This document shows positions 1-39,433 of a stretch of DNA of 64,000 bases, one piece after another. The notes beneath the pieces are model-generated. The model did no database searches and was not told the origin of the DNA. It worked only from the letters and a program-made list of their open reading frames with translations. A program made the position numbers and the translations under genes. Numbering within the stretch: position 1 is the first letter of the stretch; each line of letters starts with the position of its first letter. The DNA is from Macrostomum lignano (lineage: Eukaryota): assembly GCA_002269645.1 (NCBI GenBank), contig NIVC01001234.1:1-64000 (forward strand), given 5' to 3'.

Positions 1-14
1 TCTGCTCATTTCCT

Positions 15-425
15 TCTCCGTCACCCACCTGATAACCCTCCGTCACCCACCTGACAACCCCTCCGTCCCCACCCGACAACCCCTCCGTCACCCACCCGAC
101 AACCCTCCGTCACCAACCTGACAACCCTCAGTCACCCACCTGACAACCCCTCAGTCACCCACCGACAACCCCTCCGTCACCAACCTGACAACCCTCAGTC
201 ACCACCCGACAACCCCTCCGTCACCAACCTGACAGCCCATCAGTCACCCACCCGACAACCCCTCCGTCACCAACCTGACAGCCCATCAGTCACCCACCTG
301 ACAACCCCTCCGTCACCAACCTGACAACCCCTCAGTCACTCACTCGACAACCCCTCCGTCACCCACTCGACAACTCCTCCGTCACCAACCTGACAACCCC
401 TCAGTAACCCACCTGACAACCCCTT
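15..425. repeat. Minisatellite, ~23-bp unit (CCCCTCCGTCACCCACCTGACAA)
   Basis: Directly visible degenerate tandem copies; probably continues beyond the window start. Confidence 0.9.
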
Positions 426-984
426 AGTTCCCAGTCTAAGAGCCGAACTGTATCAAGCAACTCATTCCCTGTTAATTTCTCAGAACTCTCTCGAGCAGCC
501 TTTGTGACTTGCGCCTTTCAAAAAGACTAGTTTCAAATATCACAGATTTATTTCAATTTTTTACATTGTTCTATAAATGTACTTTACTTATTTCAAGCCA
601 ATGTGCGCTGTAACTCACTGTCAAAACCTGCTACTCTATACTGAATGGTATGCTAGTGTACCATTGGCATTGCTATGCCCACTCTGATGCTACTCTCCGT
701 TTGACCAGCTTCATGCCAAGTTCATGCACTTTTTATTAAACACCGTTTGAGGCATAAATTGACTTGCAAACAGTCTGTTTGCGTCAGGGTTTAATACAAC
801 CTGTTTATTTACACAATCACCTATTTGAACAATCCTTGATTATCTGTGACTAACTCCATTAAACAGCGATTGCACATTTGGCCGCTTCAAGGCCTGAATT
901 GTTTTAATTCTTACACTGGATTTTCATTTTAAACTCTTGTGTTTTTTTATTTAGCTTTGTCTCAGTTATTTACTTGAATGCGGG

Positions 985-1482
985 ATGTGTGCGGCACTCC
1001 CAGATCCCCAGGCTGTGTGCGGCACTCCCAGATCCTCAGGCTGTGTGCGGCACTCCCAGATCCTCAGGCTGTGTGCGGCACTCGCAGATCCTCAGGCTGT
1101 GTGCGGCACTCCCAGATCCCCAGGCTGTGTGCGGCACTCCCAGATCCCCAGGCTGTGTGCGGCACTCCCAGATCCCCAGGCTGTGTGCGGCACTTGCAGA
1201 TCCTCAGACTGTGTGCGGCACTCGCAGATCCTCAGGCTGTGTGCGGCACTTGCAGATCCTCAGACTGTGTGCGGCACTCGCAGATCCTCAGACTGTGTGC
1301 GGCACTCGCAGATCCTCAGACTGTGTGCGGCACTCCCAGATCCTCAGGCTGTGTGCGGCACTCGCAGATCCTCAGACTGTGTGCGGCACTCACAGATCCT
1401 CAGGCTGTGTGCGGCACTCGCAGATCCTCAGGCTGTGTGCGGCACTCGCAGATCCTCAGGCTGTGTGCGGCACTCGCAGATC
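985..1482. repeat. Minisatellite, 28-bp unit (GTGTGCGGCACTCGCAGATCCTCAGGCT)
   Basis: Visible tandem copies; explains the three overlapping repetitive ORFs at 974-1575. Confidence 0.95.
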
Positions 1483-1791
1483 CCTAGTTGCTGGGTCAGT
1501 CTCCCAGACCCTCAGGTTCAGATCCCCAGCTGTTGGACCGACACCAATCTTACGAACATAAATCTGACGGGCTGATAAGTTTCATGCGGAAATCTTAAAA
1601 GATGCGCTTGCCATGAGCGACCGTCAGGTGTTTGGTATTTGTAGACTTTGGCACGGATGAATCAATAGTCTGTGGTCAGAACTCTGCAGCTCTATGCTGA
1701 AGTTACAATGCTCTTCTGGTTAATGCAATTTTACATCTAAAGCCCCAATCCGAATCGGTATTTGCAATCGGTTTGCCGAGCTCGCCAGGCC

Positions 1792-3096
1792 ATGACTGAC
1801 AGCCAGTCCGAAGCCAGGACAATCGTCGTTAGAATCGAATTCGGCTCCGCCTGCTGCAACCACGGCGTCCCGGAGTTCGGCAAGCTGGCGCGCATGCTGC
1901 TGAGCCTGTTCCCTGCCGGCCGCATCAGCATTGCCGCCTGCCAGCTGGTTGACTACTTCAATCATTTCCGTGTCTATGTCGGCCGGCATCTGGTGTTCGA
2001 CTCTTACACCGCTACCCGCCTGTGGTTGAGGTTGCCAAGGTAACAGGTTCATGGCTTTTGATAATTATGGCAGAGAATGATACCAGTGTCTTTAGAGTGA
2101 GATAAATGTCTCTAAAGTGATGTCACTGTCTCGAGTGAAATCGGTGTCTCTAGAATGACTTCAGTGTCTCTAGAGTGATACCAGTGTCTTTGGAGTGACG
2201 TCGTCAGTGTCTTCAGAGTGATATCAGTGTCTCTAAAGTGAAATCAGAGTCTCTAGAGTGACGTCAGTGTCTCTAGAAGGATATCAGAGTCTCTAGAGTG
2301 ATGTCAGTATCTCTTAAGTGAAATCAGTGTCTCTAAAGTGATATCAGTGTTTCTATAGAGTGATACCAGTGTCTTGAGAGTGAGATGAATGTCTCTAAAG
2401 TGATTTCGCTGTCTCTAGAGTGACGTCAGTGTCTCTAGAGTGATATCAGTGCCTCTGAAGTGATACCAGTGTCTCTGGAGTGATACCAGTGTCCCCATAA
2501 TGATGTCTGTGTCTCTAAAGTGATACCAGTGTCTCTAGAGTGATACCAGTGTCTCTGTAGTGATATCAGTGTCTTTGAGGTGACGTCAGTGTCTTTAGAT
2601 TGAAATCAGAGTCTCTATAGTGAATGTCTGTGTCTCCGGAGTGTTATCAGAGTCTATAGAGTGATTTCAATGACTTCAGAGTGATACCAGTGTCTCTAGA
2701 GTGACGTCTGTGTCTCTAGAGTGATTGCATAAATGGTAGGGTTTCATGTTTAGGGTTTGAGACGATGTCAGGTCTCAACACTGACCGGCCCCGCAACCCG
2801 GCCGCCCCTCGCAGTGCATCGAATCCGCCGAGCAGGACGCCGTGCCCGCGGAGATTCCGCACAGCCGCGGCATCCCCTTCTCCTACTGGCGCTGTCCGGA
2901 GCACGAGGGCAAGCTGGTGCCCCAGCAGGAGGGCGGCTGCGCCTTCAGGCGACGCTCGACTCAACGCATGAGCGTGGCGAGCTCGTCACGGAACAGCCAG
3001 GTGAACAGTGAGACGTCCTTCAAGTTGTCAATGGAGCAGCAGCAGGCTCAGCAGTTTGTTTCTAAGAAGGCCTTCCGACGGATGGCGAAGCAGTGA
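1792..3096 (+). CDS. Putative two-exon Rdx/SelW-like (thioredoxin-like fold) protein; exons 1792-2039 and 2815-3096
   Basis: Exon 1 reads VVRIEFGSACC...LARMLLSLFP...HFRVYVGRHLVFDS, following the SelW/Rdx pattern V-x-I-x-Y-C-x-x-C...L...FP...FEVxVxGxLVHS. Donor AAG|GTAACA at 2040 and acceptor CCTCGCAG| at 2814. The phases join only if one C is missing in the CCC run near 2015, giving ...TPPVVEVAK|CIESAEQD. Both exons are GC3-rich. Confidence 0.45.
2080..2725. repeat. Intronic minisatellite, ~20-bp unit (GTGATACCAGTGTCTCTAGA)
   Basis: Degenerate tandem copies fill most of the putative Rdx-like intron. Confidence 0.9.
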
Positions 3097-3186
3097 ATTG
3101 CTAGATTAATATTGAACTGAATCTCCCTAGCTATGGTTAACTTTATTGTTCTTTATACACTCTTTGGTGTATTTTGGCTCTTTGGC

Positions 3187-3425
3187 ACCAGCGGCTTGAG
3201 CACCAGCGGCTTGAGCATCAGGGGCTTGAGCACCAGGGGCTTGAGCATCAGGGGCTTGAGCACCAGGGGCTTGAGCACCAGGGGCTTGAGCATCAGGGGC
3301 TTGAGCACCAGGGGCTTGAGCACCAGGGGCTTGAGCACCAGGGGCTTGAGCACCAGGGGCTTGAGCATCAGGGGCTTGAGCACCAGGGGCTTGAGCATCA
3401 GGGGCTTGAGCACCAGGGGCTTGAA
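3187..3425. repeat. Minisatellite, 15-bp unit (GGGCTTGAGCACCAG)
   Basis: About 16 near-perfect copies. Confidence 0.95.
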
Positions 3426-4042
3426 AACTAAGGGCTTAAGATTATTCCATTTTCCATGCAATTACAGGTTTTTGCACGTGTTTTTCAGTCCTTAATTCCA
3501 ACCAGCTTATCGCTTAGTTATTTTCTGAGTTCTTACTGGAACCCAATTGACAAGCACTAATGACAGGTAATAATAACATAGCTAATTTTGCGCATAAAAT
3601 TTGTTGATGCCGATGGTCCCAGAATCACTCGTACTCTGAACCCCATTGTCGCGCCATAATCAAACGGGGCCGAACGTTTTCCCTTTGCAGTTAATCAAAC
3701 GCTTAAAAGTACAAAACTGCTTTGACAAATAAAAGACAATCCTAAATTATCGTTGACAAAAATCTGTTTTGAAAATAAACGATTTTTTACATTTTTCTTT
3801 GTAATTTATTTCTCTTGTTTAAAATTTTATTACTTGTAAAACTCAAGACATTAAATTTAAAAGCAATAATCATTAATTTATTTGGAAATCATACAAGTAG
3901 ATACAGCGTAGGGAAATATGAAATATCATTGAGCCATTTGCGGACGCCTGTCATGGCTCTACTGCTACTGCTAAGGCTAACACAGTTTTGATGTAGCAAC
4001 ATTAAGCCTTAAATGCGCCCGAATCGAAAGTCAGAGAAAATT

Positions 4043-4759
4043 TTACGATTTCTTGTAGAATTTCTTCAGCTGCTCGTCGCTGAGACTCTCTGCGACTTCC
4101 TCGGCCTTGTCCACGATGTACTGTACAGGATCGGCCGGCCGCTCGAACACAATGGCCGTCGTCAGTTTCTGTCCAGTTGAGTAAAACAAATTGTATTATT
4201 TTAGGTCACAAACAAATTTCATGATACAATAAATATGAATACAATTTATTTATACTTAGTGTAGAAACAGAAGAACAATAAAAATAGTATTGAATATTGA
4301 ATTTCTCATTCATGAAATTTTGAAATAACAGATTATTTGAATAAATTAATTTTTCTACACATGAATTAAACATAACAAAAAATTGATTCAATTTAGATGA
4401 TTTAACAATAAAATGCATATCATTTTAATGGAATATAAATAAAAAATGTATATTTTATTGTATCAGCTAGTAACTGTCCATAAGTAATTATTTGAAAAGG
4501 TGTCTGTAAAATAGAATACCTGAAAGAACTGAATGATATTGTGCTCTTCCAAATAATCCATTGCTTTGAAGTAAGGATCTTCTACAACTTCAGACTTCTT
4601 CTTCCCTTTTTCTTGATCTGAAGCAGGCACCATTGATTCAGTCTCTGCTTTTGTTGTTGTTGAGGCTTCTGGTTTAGCTGCTGTCGATGGTCTCGAGTTT
4701 GAAACACTAACAGATACTTCTGACAAATTGTCTGGCGTTTCAATGGTCTCTTCTGCCAT
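4043..4759 (-). CDS. TEX55-like small protein (121 aa) with C-terminal RIIa/Dpy-30-type dimerisation/docking domain; exons 4759-4520 and 4168-4043
   Basis: Phase-0 splice CAG|GTATTC ... GACAG|AAA joins DPYFKAMDYLEEHNIIQFFQ to KLTTAIVFERPADPVQYIVDK, matching the recalled TEX55/RIIa-like pattern A-x-x-Y-L/M-E-x-H-N-I-x-Q-x-F...E-x-P-x-D-P. Stop TAA at 4043. Confidence 0.75.
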
Positions 4760-6417
4760 CGTCTGGCTTCTCTTTTGTTTTAAAATGGCTAACTTGGTTA
4801 AAAAACTACCGGTGAAGAGTGCAATATAGCATTCAATTATTCTGTTAAAATCTTCTGGGGATATTGGTAACGGTAATTTTATGATGCTTTAGCGCCTAGA
4901 TATACTGAGAAATCTGAACGAATTTAATTATTTATATCAATAAAGATAGTAAATGCGCATATCAGAATTCTTTTTAGTTTTTTTGTTATTTTAAACATTA
5001 AGTTTTAAACCGTAATTTCTTTGATCGTGTCAGTTCGGAAATCGGATATATTTTCGTTTAATTGCAATGAAGCTTTAAGAAGTTTATTTACACTTACACT
5101 ATTAAAGGATTTAATGTTATAATCAGTAAATGTCTAAAATTCTTCCAGAACTCCTGTTTATTTGTTTTGATCAGAAGTGTTTATGATGAAACCGTGCTAT
5201 TCTAAACGTGCAATTAATTCCATACATTGTGCACTCATACACTTTATATATACACCGTTCATTTTACGGTCAAAACATGATAAATAACACTCGTACCTGC
5301 ATTTAAATGACCAAGGAAAATTACAAACGTAGGAATCAAGATAAATTGATTTCAGTGAAGTCTTCTTTGTGTTTTTTACAATGCATGTCGATCCACTTTT
5401 CATGTGCATTTACAATTTTCCTTAATTCTCTTCAATAAATATCTATGAAAAGAGTAAATACACTTCATGCCCTTTTACCATTGAGAACAACAAAAAACTG
5501 AGTATGTCTGAAAAATGACAAGAGCCGTACAGATCTATGTTTTTTACAATTAATATGAAGTATAGCGATCCACGTTGTCTGCATTATAGTAACAGAGAGG
5601 CACTCTCCCTTTAGCTTAACAATTCACATTGCGATGCTCGAAAAAACCGTCACATACTCCATGCATAGGCTTCACATGGCTAATTAATTACCATAGGATT
5701 TTTCTCCAGCGAAAGGATTGGGAATTAAATACAGCGGATTGGCATTGGGGCTCGAGGGGGCGGTGCTCAAAAGAAAGAAAAATACAAAATGCGCAGAATT
5801 TTGTCCACACCGTGGGCGCCGCTCGGAAATCGATCCCATATTTAACGTTGCGAGTACTTTGCTCGCAACATTTGTACTTTTAGGCTGGTTATTGCAAATT
5901 CCGCGAGCCCTTGTTGCCCAAATACTGCGGGCATGCAATTTCAGCTGCTCATTTTCTTTCCGGGCCTGTTTTTGCCGGGCAGCCTCTCCACATCCCTGCT
6001 GCCGAGTGAGCTCAGGCTGCATCAAATATTAATTTTCTGCTGAGACCCTCCTCTTCTCTTCTTCTGGCACCCTTGCACACACTCTGTAGTTCGATTTAGC
6101 CCAACTTCCAAGCCGTTCCTCCCCTTCTTCCCTTTTCCGCGCAAACTTTCTCCTCAATTGGTTTTGCCTCAGCTGCAGCTTATGCACAGTGTATGCGTGA
6201 AGTATGACTGACTACCTTTAGTTTGTCCTGCATTAACAGAAGCTAGAGGCTCGTATAACCATAAAATTCATGCATAAATTTAGTGCGAGAACGAGTTCAA
6301 ATAAACCTGGGTGACCTTGGACTAAGGAAAAAAGATACTTGACGAAATTGGGATGTGGAACTGAAGGAGACGGAGGGATAAAGGTGATGTTTGAAAGAGG
6401 GGCACAGTGAGAAAAGG

Positions 6418-7283
6418 TGAGAGGGAGAGAGGAACAGGATGAGAGGGAGAGAGGAACAGGATGAGAGGGAGAGGGAGAGAGGAACAGGATGAGGGGAGAG
6501 AGAAACAGGATAAGAGGGAGAGAGGAACAGGATAAGAGGGAGAGGGAGAGAGGAACAGGATGAGAGGGAGAGAGGAACAGGATAAGAGGGAGAGAGGAAC
6601 AGGATGAGAGGGAGAGGGAGAGAGGAACAGGATGAGAGGGAGAGAGGAACAGGATGAGAGGGTGAGAGGAACAGGATAAGAGGGAGAGAGGAACAGGATA
6701 AGAGGGAGAGAGGAACAGGATAAGAGGGAGAGAGGAACAGGATGAGAGGGAGAGAGGAACAGGATGAGAGGGAGAGAGGAACAGGATGAGAGGGAGAGAG
6801 GAATAGGATGAGAGGGAGAGGGAGAGAAGAACAGGATGAGAGGGAGAGGGAGAGAGGAACAGGATGAGAGGGAGAGAGGAACAGGATGAGAGGGAGAGAG
6901 GAACAGGATGAGAGGGAGAGGGAGAGAGGAACAGGATGAGGGGAGAGAGGAACAGGATGAGGGGAGAGAGGAACAGGATGAGAGGGAGAGAAGGACAGGA
7001 TGAGAGGGAGAGGGAGAGAGGAACAGGATGAGAGGGAGAGGGAGAGAGGAACAGGATGAGAGGGAGAGAAGGACAGGATGAGAGGGAGAGGGAGAGAGGA
7101 ACAGGATGAGAGGGAGAGGGAGAGAGGAACAGGATGAGAGGGAGAGAGGAACAGGATGAGAGGGAGAGAGGAACAGGATGAGAGGGAGAGAGGAACAGGA
7201 TAAGAGGGAGAGAGGAACAGGATAAGAGGGAGAGAGGAACAGGATGAGAGGGAGAGAGGAACAGGATGAGAGGGAGAGGGAGA
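6418..7283. repeat. Purine-rich minisatellite (GAGAGGGAGAGAGGAACAGGAT, 22-28-bp variants)
   Basis: Visible tandem array. Confidence 0.95.
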
Positions 7284-7747
7284 GTGTTGGTGGGCTGTTT
7301 TCAAAAATGTTATTTATTTAAAAAGTTTGCCAAATAAGAAGACCCACCCTGGAATTGGAGTCGGGTTGCTCTCATGAGCGCGCCACATTGTGAAGCGGGG
7401 TCACGCAGTGCTTCCTCTGCTTTTGCGGGCCTTCGGGCCAGGCTGAGTTGAATTTCCAGGAATGAAAATGAAATGAAAGCTGACACATCGGCTGGAGCGC
7501 CGCAGCCGTTCATTGCCAACCCCCTTCAGTCGGCTTCCCGTGTAGCATTGGAGCAAGCAAGCAATAGGAAAGGAGGCGAAGGAACTGTCTTGACAGATTA
7601 GGAATAGAGGGGTGGGGGATAATTTACGACTGGGGAATAAGGATTAGAATGTTATAGAGTTAGCCGCCCAAATTGAGCAGGTGAGAACACAGCCTTTCTT
7701 TAGAGACATCTTATTGCTCCATTGAAGCCAGGATTTTTGCGGTCAAT

Positions 7748-8032
7748 TGACCCCCTTGACCCCCTTGACCTCCTTGGTACCCTTGACTCCCTGGACCCCC
7801 TTGACCCCTTGACCCCCTTGACCTTGACCCTCTTGAACTCCCTGGCCCCATTGACCCTCTTAACCCCCTTGATCAACTTGACCCCCTTGACCCGCTTGAC
7901 CCCCTTGACCTACTTGACCCCCTTGATCAACTTGACCCCTTTGACCCGCTTGACCCCCTTGACCTACTTGACCCCCTTGATCAACTTGACCCCCTTGACC
8001 TACTTGACCCCTTTGACCCGCTTGACCCCCTT
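7748..8032. repeat. Short-unit TTGACCCC(C) tandem array
   Basis: Visible; the same motif recurs near 8140 and 15535. Confidence 0.85.
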
Positions 8033-8739
8033 GATTTGTCTCTCTCATAAACAAAGCTGCCATGCAATTATAGAATTTTTCCGTTTCCTAGGAGGGAGTC
8101 ATGGGCCCCCATTCTTTTCGAGGAGGGTCAGCGGACCCCCTTGACCTCCTTCTGGATCATCTACACAACGCTTCAACCCCGGAATTTGTTCCTAAAGTGC
8201 TAAAATGATTCAATATCGAAAGTTCTTCCGAAGTTATTCCGAAGACAATGAGAGTTCGCCAATTTAGCCTGAAAAATAAATTTCCATAAATTTGAAGTGT
8301 TCCTACCAACATCTCTTAGTCCGATAAAACGCACTGGATCTCAGACAGTGCTCCCCCTGTTTGTTGGCCTCTGTGAGGGAGAGCAGCCGCAAGCACTGGC
8401 ATTGAGCTGTGCCAGTCAGTCAGACCACGCCCTGTTTTTTTTCCCAATTTTTATGCTGAGCTGGCATGGCGCTTCGATTGAAGTTGAAGGAGAGCTCGTG
8501 CAGGTTTGTGGCGAATGCTACCGCAGCCTCAAAGCTGATGGGATTGCACAGATATGGCATCGATTTTTTGCTCACGGGCGTCGCCACAGGAGGTAAGGAG
8601 GATCGTTACATGATGCTAGACTGGCGAATGCCTCGTACTGGCGGCACTCGAGGAAGACTGAGACCGATCCATCCTGAGTGGCCAGTCGTGTTATGCCCGT
8701 TTTTTATCTTTTTTGGGATGCCTGATTAAGCGTGCGTGT

Positions 8740-9560
8740 CTAGTTTGATTGGCACACACTGGGTACAGATGGGGCAGTTTGATTGGCACACACTGGGTAC
8801 AGATGGGGCAGTTTGATTGGCACACACTGGGTACAGATGGGCAGTTTGATTGGCACACACTGGGTACAGATGGGGCAATTTGATTGGCACACACTGGGCA
8901 CAGGTGGGGCAGTTTGATTGGCACACACTGGGTACAGATGGGGCAGTTTGATTGGCACACACTGGGTACAGATGGGGCAGTTTGATTGGCACACACTGGG
9001 TACAGATGGGGCAGTTTGATTGGCACACACTGGGTACAGATGGGGCAGTTTGATTGGCACACACTGGGTACAGATGGGGCAGTTTGATTGGCACACACTG
9101 GGTACAGATGGGGCAGTTTGATTGGCACACACTGGGTACAGATCGGGCAGTTTGATTGGCACACACTGGGTACAGATGGGGCAGTTTGATTGGCACACAC
9201 TGGGTACAGATGGGGCAGTTTGATTGGCACACACTGGGTACAGATGGGGCAGTTTGATTGGCACACACTGGGTACAGATCGGGCAGTTTGATTGGCACAC
9301 ACTGGGCACAGATGGGGCAGTTTGATTGGCACACACTGGGTACAGATGGGGCAGTTTGATTGGCACACACTGGCACAGGTGGGGCAGTTTGATTGGCACA
9401 CACTGGGTACAGATGGGGCAGTTTGATTGGCACACACTGGGCACAGATGGGGCAGTTTGATTGGCACACACTGGGTACAGATGGGGCAGTTTGATTGGCA
9501 CACACTGGCACAGGTGGGGCAGTTTGAATGGCGCACACTGGGTACAGGTGGGGCAATTTG
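8740..9560. repeat. Minisatellite, 34-bp unit (GCAGTTTGATTGGCACACACTGGGTACAGATGGG)
   Basis: About 24 near-identical copies with no unique spacers. Confidence 0.95.
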
Positions 9561-11559
9561 AACCTCTGGCCGTCAAGATATTCAACGATTCAGCCAGAAG
9601 GTCGGATTTTTCCTATAAGCGGCAGAGTATTCAGTACACCCCTGTGCGCCAATCAGCACTGCACCTCATTGCAGCCTTGCCAAACCTCTGAATTTCATCA
9701 GCACGTCGACCATATGAGTCTGCATCAGATCTGACTTCGTTGCTCACTGGTCTTCCCCGAGGCGTTGCGAAGTTCTCAAGTTTCACTGATCAAGCCTCGA
9801 CATTGAGCAAGCCTCAACTGCTGGACATTCTCAGCTAGTTGTTCAAGACTTCTCGCTTTTCGGCTTCAAGCATCCTTTAGAAACCCCTTCTTCTGGTTTT
9901 TCATCTTCATCGCGACGTTCCCGAAGGAATGCCCCGAAATGGAAGCAGCTGACACTCCAACATGCCTAAAAGCCAGCCAGCAGTTTCTAACAGTTATAAA
10001 GTGCAGAAAATCCGGCCCTCCAACTCTTAAATTGGATTGACGCCATCGAGGACCAGATCCTGCGGGAGGCAGGACAGGCATGTGCGGACAACCGGGCGAG
10101 GACACGCTGAGGGGGGGAGCACTTTGAACTATTGACATTATTGAATCAGCCGCTACAAAAGCCTTCCTCTCCCCCCCCCCTTTCCCAAAGCGTTAATCCA
10201 ACGCACCGCGGGGGGTCTGCGTCCCATTCGGATTGGCCATGAAAGCGTGTCTCTCCCTCGTCCTGAGCCTGAGTGTGCGATGGCCCGCACAGCCACCCCA
10301 TCGCCAGACCCTCGGCTCAGCGCCCCCCGCTGTGCCCGCAGCTGTACACTGCGCGCCAAGGAGGTCCAGAGCCAGAACCTGGGGAGTGCCCCGGCTCTTC
10401 CCTATTTTCAGACAACTATAGACTGACTGCAGTTTTTGGTTTGCGCACTCAATTTATAGAGCTTCGGTTGCGGTTAAACTGATTAAAGTTTATGACCGAT
10501 TTCAAAAGCATTTGTCTTGTCGCAGCACTTTTATGTCTAGCTTGATAATATAAAATAGCAGTTTTCTAAACTTCTATTGATACGCCCATTCACCCTATCG
10601 CCCAGCCCACAGTTGTCAGAAAAATGGAGTTCCCAAATCCAGGTCCTGGCTCTGGCGAGTCCTTGGCTGCGCACAGGACAGTGGGGTGGGCTGGCCTCAC
10701 ACACACCAGGAAGAGAGCGGATCTGCCCCTCTCCTCCGACTGTCTGTCTCACATTTCCCCAAAGAAAATCCAGTGAGTGCACCGAGGGCCGCTTCAGAAC
10801 TGGCAGAGGCAGCCATTCTTGCAAACTCCGCCATCAAGGAAAGTTTAATTGACAGACTCAGCAGCCGCCTTAGCTCAAAGCCCAGCTGAGGAGTCCGGGT
10901 GAGTTGCCCTCCATCTCCCTCTCCCTTCGAGGCGGATCAATGATATACTTGAATTAATAAAGCAAGGCACTGCCTTAGTTGTACAGCAACTGGCACGCAC
11001 GGAGACATGCCTCTCCATTCAATAATGAAACTGTATTGTGCTCTTGTCAGCGGAGGCTGAGCAGATGAACTCATCAAGGCATCCCATTGTTTCCCGTTTT
11101 GGCAGCCTCCTCTTGTTCCTCGCTGCATCCCCAGCAGCACTGATCACGGACGGAGTAGCAGAAGCAGCCTCACAGCCAAAAGACGTATCCAATTTCCCTT
11201 TTAAAAAATCCTCAGAAAATCCTATCGAAAATTTTCCTATCCCAATCGCCGCCTCAAGCCCGGCAGCGGCGGCGAGCCGCACTCGGCTGAAACAACATCC
11301 CACAGGGGGGGATTGCAGACCTGAATAGGAGCCAAAGCCCTCAGCAGGCTGCTTATAGCGCTGAGGAATAGGGAGGGAGACAAGGACATTCTGAGCGACT
11401 GTCACCAGAGCTGCTCAGCTGCCGTCGAATCAACATCGACTTGGGCGGCCAAAAAAGCAGACATTCGCGGCCGGCTGCTGGGACCGACTTAAATCCTGCT
11501 GCCCTGCTCCGCTTTGTCATCTTTTTGCGTTGCTGCCGCTCTCAAAACTCTGAGCGGGC

Positions 11560-37297
<25,738 letters not shown>

Positions 37298-38139
37298 AAC
37301 ATTACTTATACAATTTAAATATTGCCGCTGAACCGCATCATTGTGTGCTTGGAACGTAGAGTGGAGCTCCGTTCTCCCAATCTTTAATTTGTTTTTCTTT
37401 AATTATTTATTTTGCCCAAAACGTTTTCCGCCCTCGCTTTTACGCGGTCTGAATATTTGATTCTCTCTCAAAGTTCGCCTTCGCCTGCCTACCGTTTGCT
37501 GTGGTTTCACATTAATATCTCGTTGCCAGGATATGCCACGCTAACGTACGCACACCGCTTACTCTTAGGCTAGCTATTCAGCATTCTTCAAGAAATTACT
37601 AAGTATATTGCTTGCTTGCGAACCTTCAAGTAGATGATCTTGAATTCTCGCCTTACCCAGTCCGACCTGCTTTAGCGGTAATCCAAATATACAGCAAGCA
37701 GAGAGTTTGGCTGCTTCTGTTTTTGACTGACCAAGTGACTTTCCAGATCTGACCAATCCACTGCCGTATGCTGCTGTGAAGGCGATGGAAAGATTAGTCA
37801 CCGCTCTCGGGCCGTATTTGGCTTCCCCAAATCTGTGCAAAGCTTTGGAAGCCGACCGCAAACACCATTGGCAAATGGAGCGGCACTTCAGAGACTTAAA
37901 GACTTAATTACCATTAAAGAGTTTTGGCTTTAAGGGATTTAGGACATTAAGAGCTTCAATGGAACTTCGCAAAAACTGCCTAGAACACTTAAACTGGCGC
38001 TTCAATAATTTCATAAATTCCCCCTTGCATTGGGATTGGCTCTTGTTAGACTTTCATACCGTTGTTTTCAAATTGAAGAGAAGCTGAAGAGACTCAAAAG
38101 TACGGACTTAGTCAGTCTCGTTTCATTTCATTTCATTCA

Positions 38140-38650
38140 TGGGGACCGTGTGAACCATGTGGACCGTGTGAACCATGTGGATCGTGTTGGTCATGTGGAC
38201 CGTGTGGTTCATGTGGACCGTGTGAACCATGTGGATGTGGGTCATGTGGACCGTGTAGGTCATGTGAACCGTGTGAACATGTGACCGTGTAGGTCATGTG
38301 AACCGTGTGGGTCATATGGACCATGTGAACCATGTGGACCGTGTAGGTCATGTGAACTGTGTGGGTCATATGGTCCATGTGAACCATGTGGACCGTGTAG
38401 GTCATGTGAACCGTGTGGGTCATGCAGACCGTGTGGGTCATGTGGACCATGTAGGTTATGTGGACCGTGTAGGCCATGTGGACTGTGTGAACCATGTGGA
38501 CCGTGTGGATCATGTGGACCGTGTGGATCATGCAGACCGTGTGGGTCATGTGGACCATGTAGGTTATGTGGACCGTGTAGGCCATGTGGACTGTGTGAAC
38601 CATGTGGACCGTGTGGGTCATGTGGACCGTGCGGGTCATGTGGACCGTGT
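38140..38650. repeat. Minisatellite, ~18-bp unit (CCATGTGGACCGTGTGAA)
   Basis: Visible degenerate copies. Confidence 0.93.
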
Positions 38651-39433
38651 TGACCAAGTGTTCCAACTTGGCCGCGAGGTCCATACGGAGCAATGGCCTC
38701 GTAGAAAGCGCAAAGTCACTCGAGCCCCTCGTGAACCATACGGAAGCTCACGGAGCCCACGGTCAGTAGAGCGTCTATATCGAACGGCGTGGTGCCCGTT
38801 TTATACCCAGCTCTACGAGCTACAGTTTGTCGCGTTGCAGGTTTCGGAATGCGTACCCGCTTCCATCCTGGTAGAATGCTGGTCTGATCACGGCCGAATT
38901 CGGGTGGACCGAGGTCCCGGCTGTCTCTTCCATTCCAGTTTCTTGTCCGGACGATTTCGAGCACCGCTCAGGTTACCGTCCGGTTCAATTTCAGATGCAA
39001 AGATACGGACCGGATTATTTCGAATGTGTCGTCGGTTAGAAAATCCTGAGCATCGTTGCCGTCTCTGAGAGCACGGCCCTCTTCGCCCTCTTGGCCCACA
39101 TTTATACGTGTATTCATCATTATAAGTGTGCTCCAGAAGTGTGCCAGCCATTGAGATACTGTTGCTGAAAAGTTTTTTTTAAAAATAACAAAAAATAGTT
39201 TTCTAAAGCTGCTTTAACTAAGGTATATTGGATCGAAGATTGACATTGTGGCGGTTAAACCATTGCGGGTTAATGCATCGCGGACAAGCATTTTTGACAG
39301 TTCTGTAAAAACCATATACACGCGTACGGAGCAGCTGGAAAATGATGTTTGTGAGTTTTTGATGCATGCAGCACTCAGCGTACGGTACAATGAAAATGCA
39401 CGTTTCTGTCGCCTGCTTGACGGCGACCCCCAG

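Noticed and set aside
8297-8729. Coding-like segment with VCGECYRSLK (possible transposon zinc-finger relic)
   Set aside because: Only one CxxC, no second pair or recognisable domain, and no consistent splice sites.
8740-9560. 30-34-bp arrays (here and in the LTRs) as CRISPR arrays
   Set aside because: The units are contiguous with no unique spacers, there are no cas genes, and the context is eukaryotic.
9866-10138. Tyrosine-recombinase-like GHSF motif (FRHVGVSAASISGHSFGNVA)
   Set aside because: The catalytic Arg of H-x-x-R is absent, there is no downstream H/W...Y motif, and no flanking DIRS/Crypton sequence; likely chance.
37574-39151. Short minus-strand ORFs (37574-37861, 38716-39151) as exons of another gene
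   Set aside because: They look partly coding, but I could not build a phase-consistent model or recognise a family; left unresolved.
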